A DNA stretch of 64,000 bases, taken from Utricularia gibba. Its lineage: Eukaryota; Plantae; Magnoliophyta. The notes below the pieces were generated by a model. It saw only the letters and a list, made by a program, of their open reading frames with translations. It was not told where the DNA came from and did no database searches. This document shows positions 63,082-64,000 of the stretch, piece by piece. How positions within the stretch are numbered: position 1 is the stretch's first letter; every line of letters starts with the position of its first letter. A program made the translations under genes and the position numbers. The DNA is taken from the NCBI GenBank assembly GCA_002189035.1, contig NEEC01000013.1:930001-994000 (forward strand), written 5' to 3'.

Positions 63082-64000
63082 GATTTGGTCTCGTGATGTT
63101 CCTCTGCAAGTTGTCAAATATGGTGTAATAATGGACCAAATTCGAATTTCCAGTTTCGTAATTTGTGATACCATGGGGACCAAATCCGAATTTCCGGTAA
63201 TGTAACATCATCCACAGGTGAATACGAGCCCATCACATCCAGGGACCATTTGTGACATGATAATATCCATATGAAACTGACATCCACATTATCATTTGAT
63301 TTGATTTGATTATAAACAAAAAATGTAATTCGGAATAAATTATTCCCAAGAAAAAATATTGAAAAGATCGTGTCCTAAAATGCAAATAGCGTAAATATAG
63401 ACACTAAAACCATTATGACTATCAATTAATTTATCTTAATTAAATATTATTCATATTTAATAATTTCAAACATCAAACGGATAAATAATTTATTCAATGT
63501 TATTTTATTTAAAATTTTGTATCCATTTAATCAATTGAACCTAATAATTAATTTTATATCACTTATATTTATATTTTTTATAACTCTATAAGGTCAATTT
63601 TACATTTTTTATATTTTGATCTATTTGAATGAAAACTTGATAAAAAATTCTCGATTAAAATAAAATTTACATTTTATCTTAAAAGATTTAAATCTTATCT
63701 TAAAAAATTCAAATAGAAAATATGATGCAAACCATCAACAAAGCCCAACAAATTGAAACTTTTATATAAGAGCTTGAACACCAAGGTGTTAAAGTGATCG
63801 GAGTCTTTGAGTCAGTATATGAATTTAGAGTCGAGTACAATATCTTTTGATTTGTTTCATGTCATTTTTCATGAATTTTGTATGTTAAAATCGACCATGT
63901 GCGTATTGGCGCTTATGATCACAGATTTGTGGTGAAACCTTATTTGCGAAAATATTGCATGTGTAACCATGTTTTTTAAGATTTAATTTGAGGTTTAATT

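Overview
Plant (angiosperm) nuclear genomic DNA with GC-richer intron-containing genes in very AT-rich, transposon-littered intergenic sequence. 1-9.3 kb is retroelement debris: a degenerate Ty1/copia pol and a degenerate Ty3/gypsy element interrupted by a nested ~1.5-kb solo LTR. I reconstructed exon structures by hand for LSG1, an S-protein homolog, a CPC/TRY-type R3-MYB, VHA-E, DCP1, a LEA_2 gene, a P-class PPR gene, an orphan ORF, RAD5A, a BTB-NPH3 gene, RMI2, an ACT/PHT-like BAHD acyltransferase, an NDR1/HIN1-like gene and a TIP1 aquaporin, plus tRNA-Arg(UCU). 24-36 kb holds Mutator/PMD remnants, a TRIM and a PIF/Harbinger derivative with a nested Mutator-type MITE. The most notable result is that three otherwise intact genes (orphan ORF, RAD5A, BAHD) are each broken by one missing base in a G/C homopolymer. 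This is most likely a consensus-sequencing artefact, but it could be real. I found no evidence for a wholly new biological system. The best novelty candidates are the orphan ORF with a hidden ATX-like RGRxxxxPSKYxDS motif and the divergent R3-MYB with an overlapping uORF. All family assignments come from recalled motifs, not database searches.
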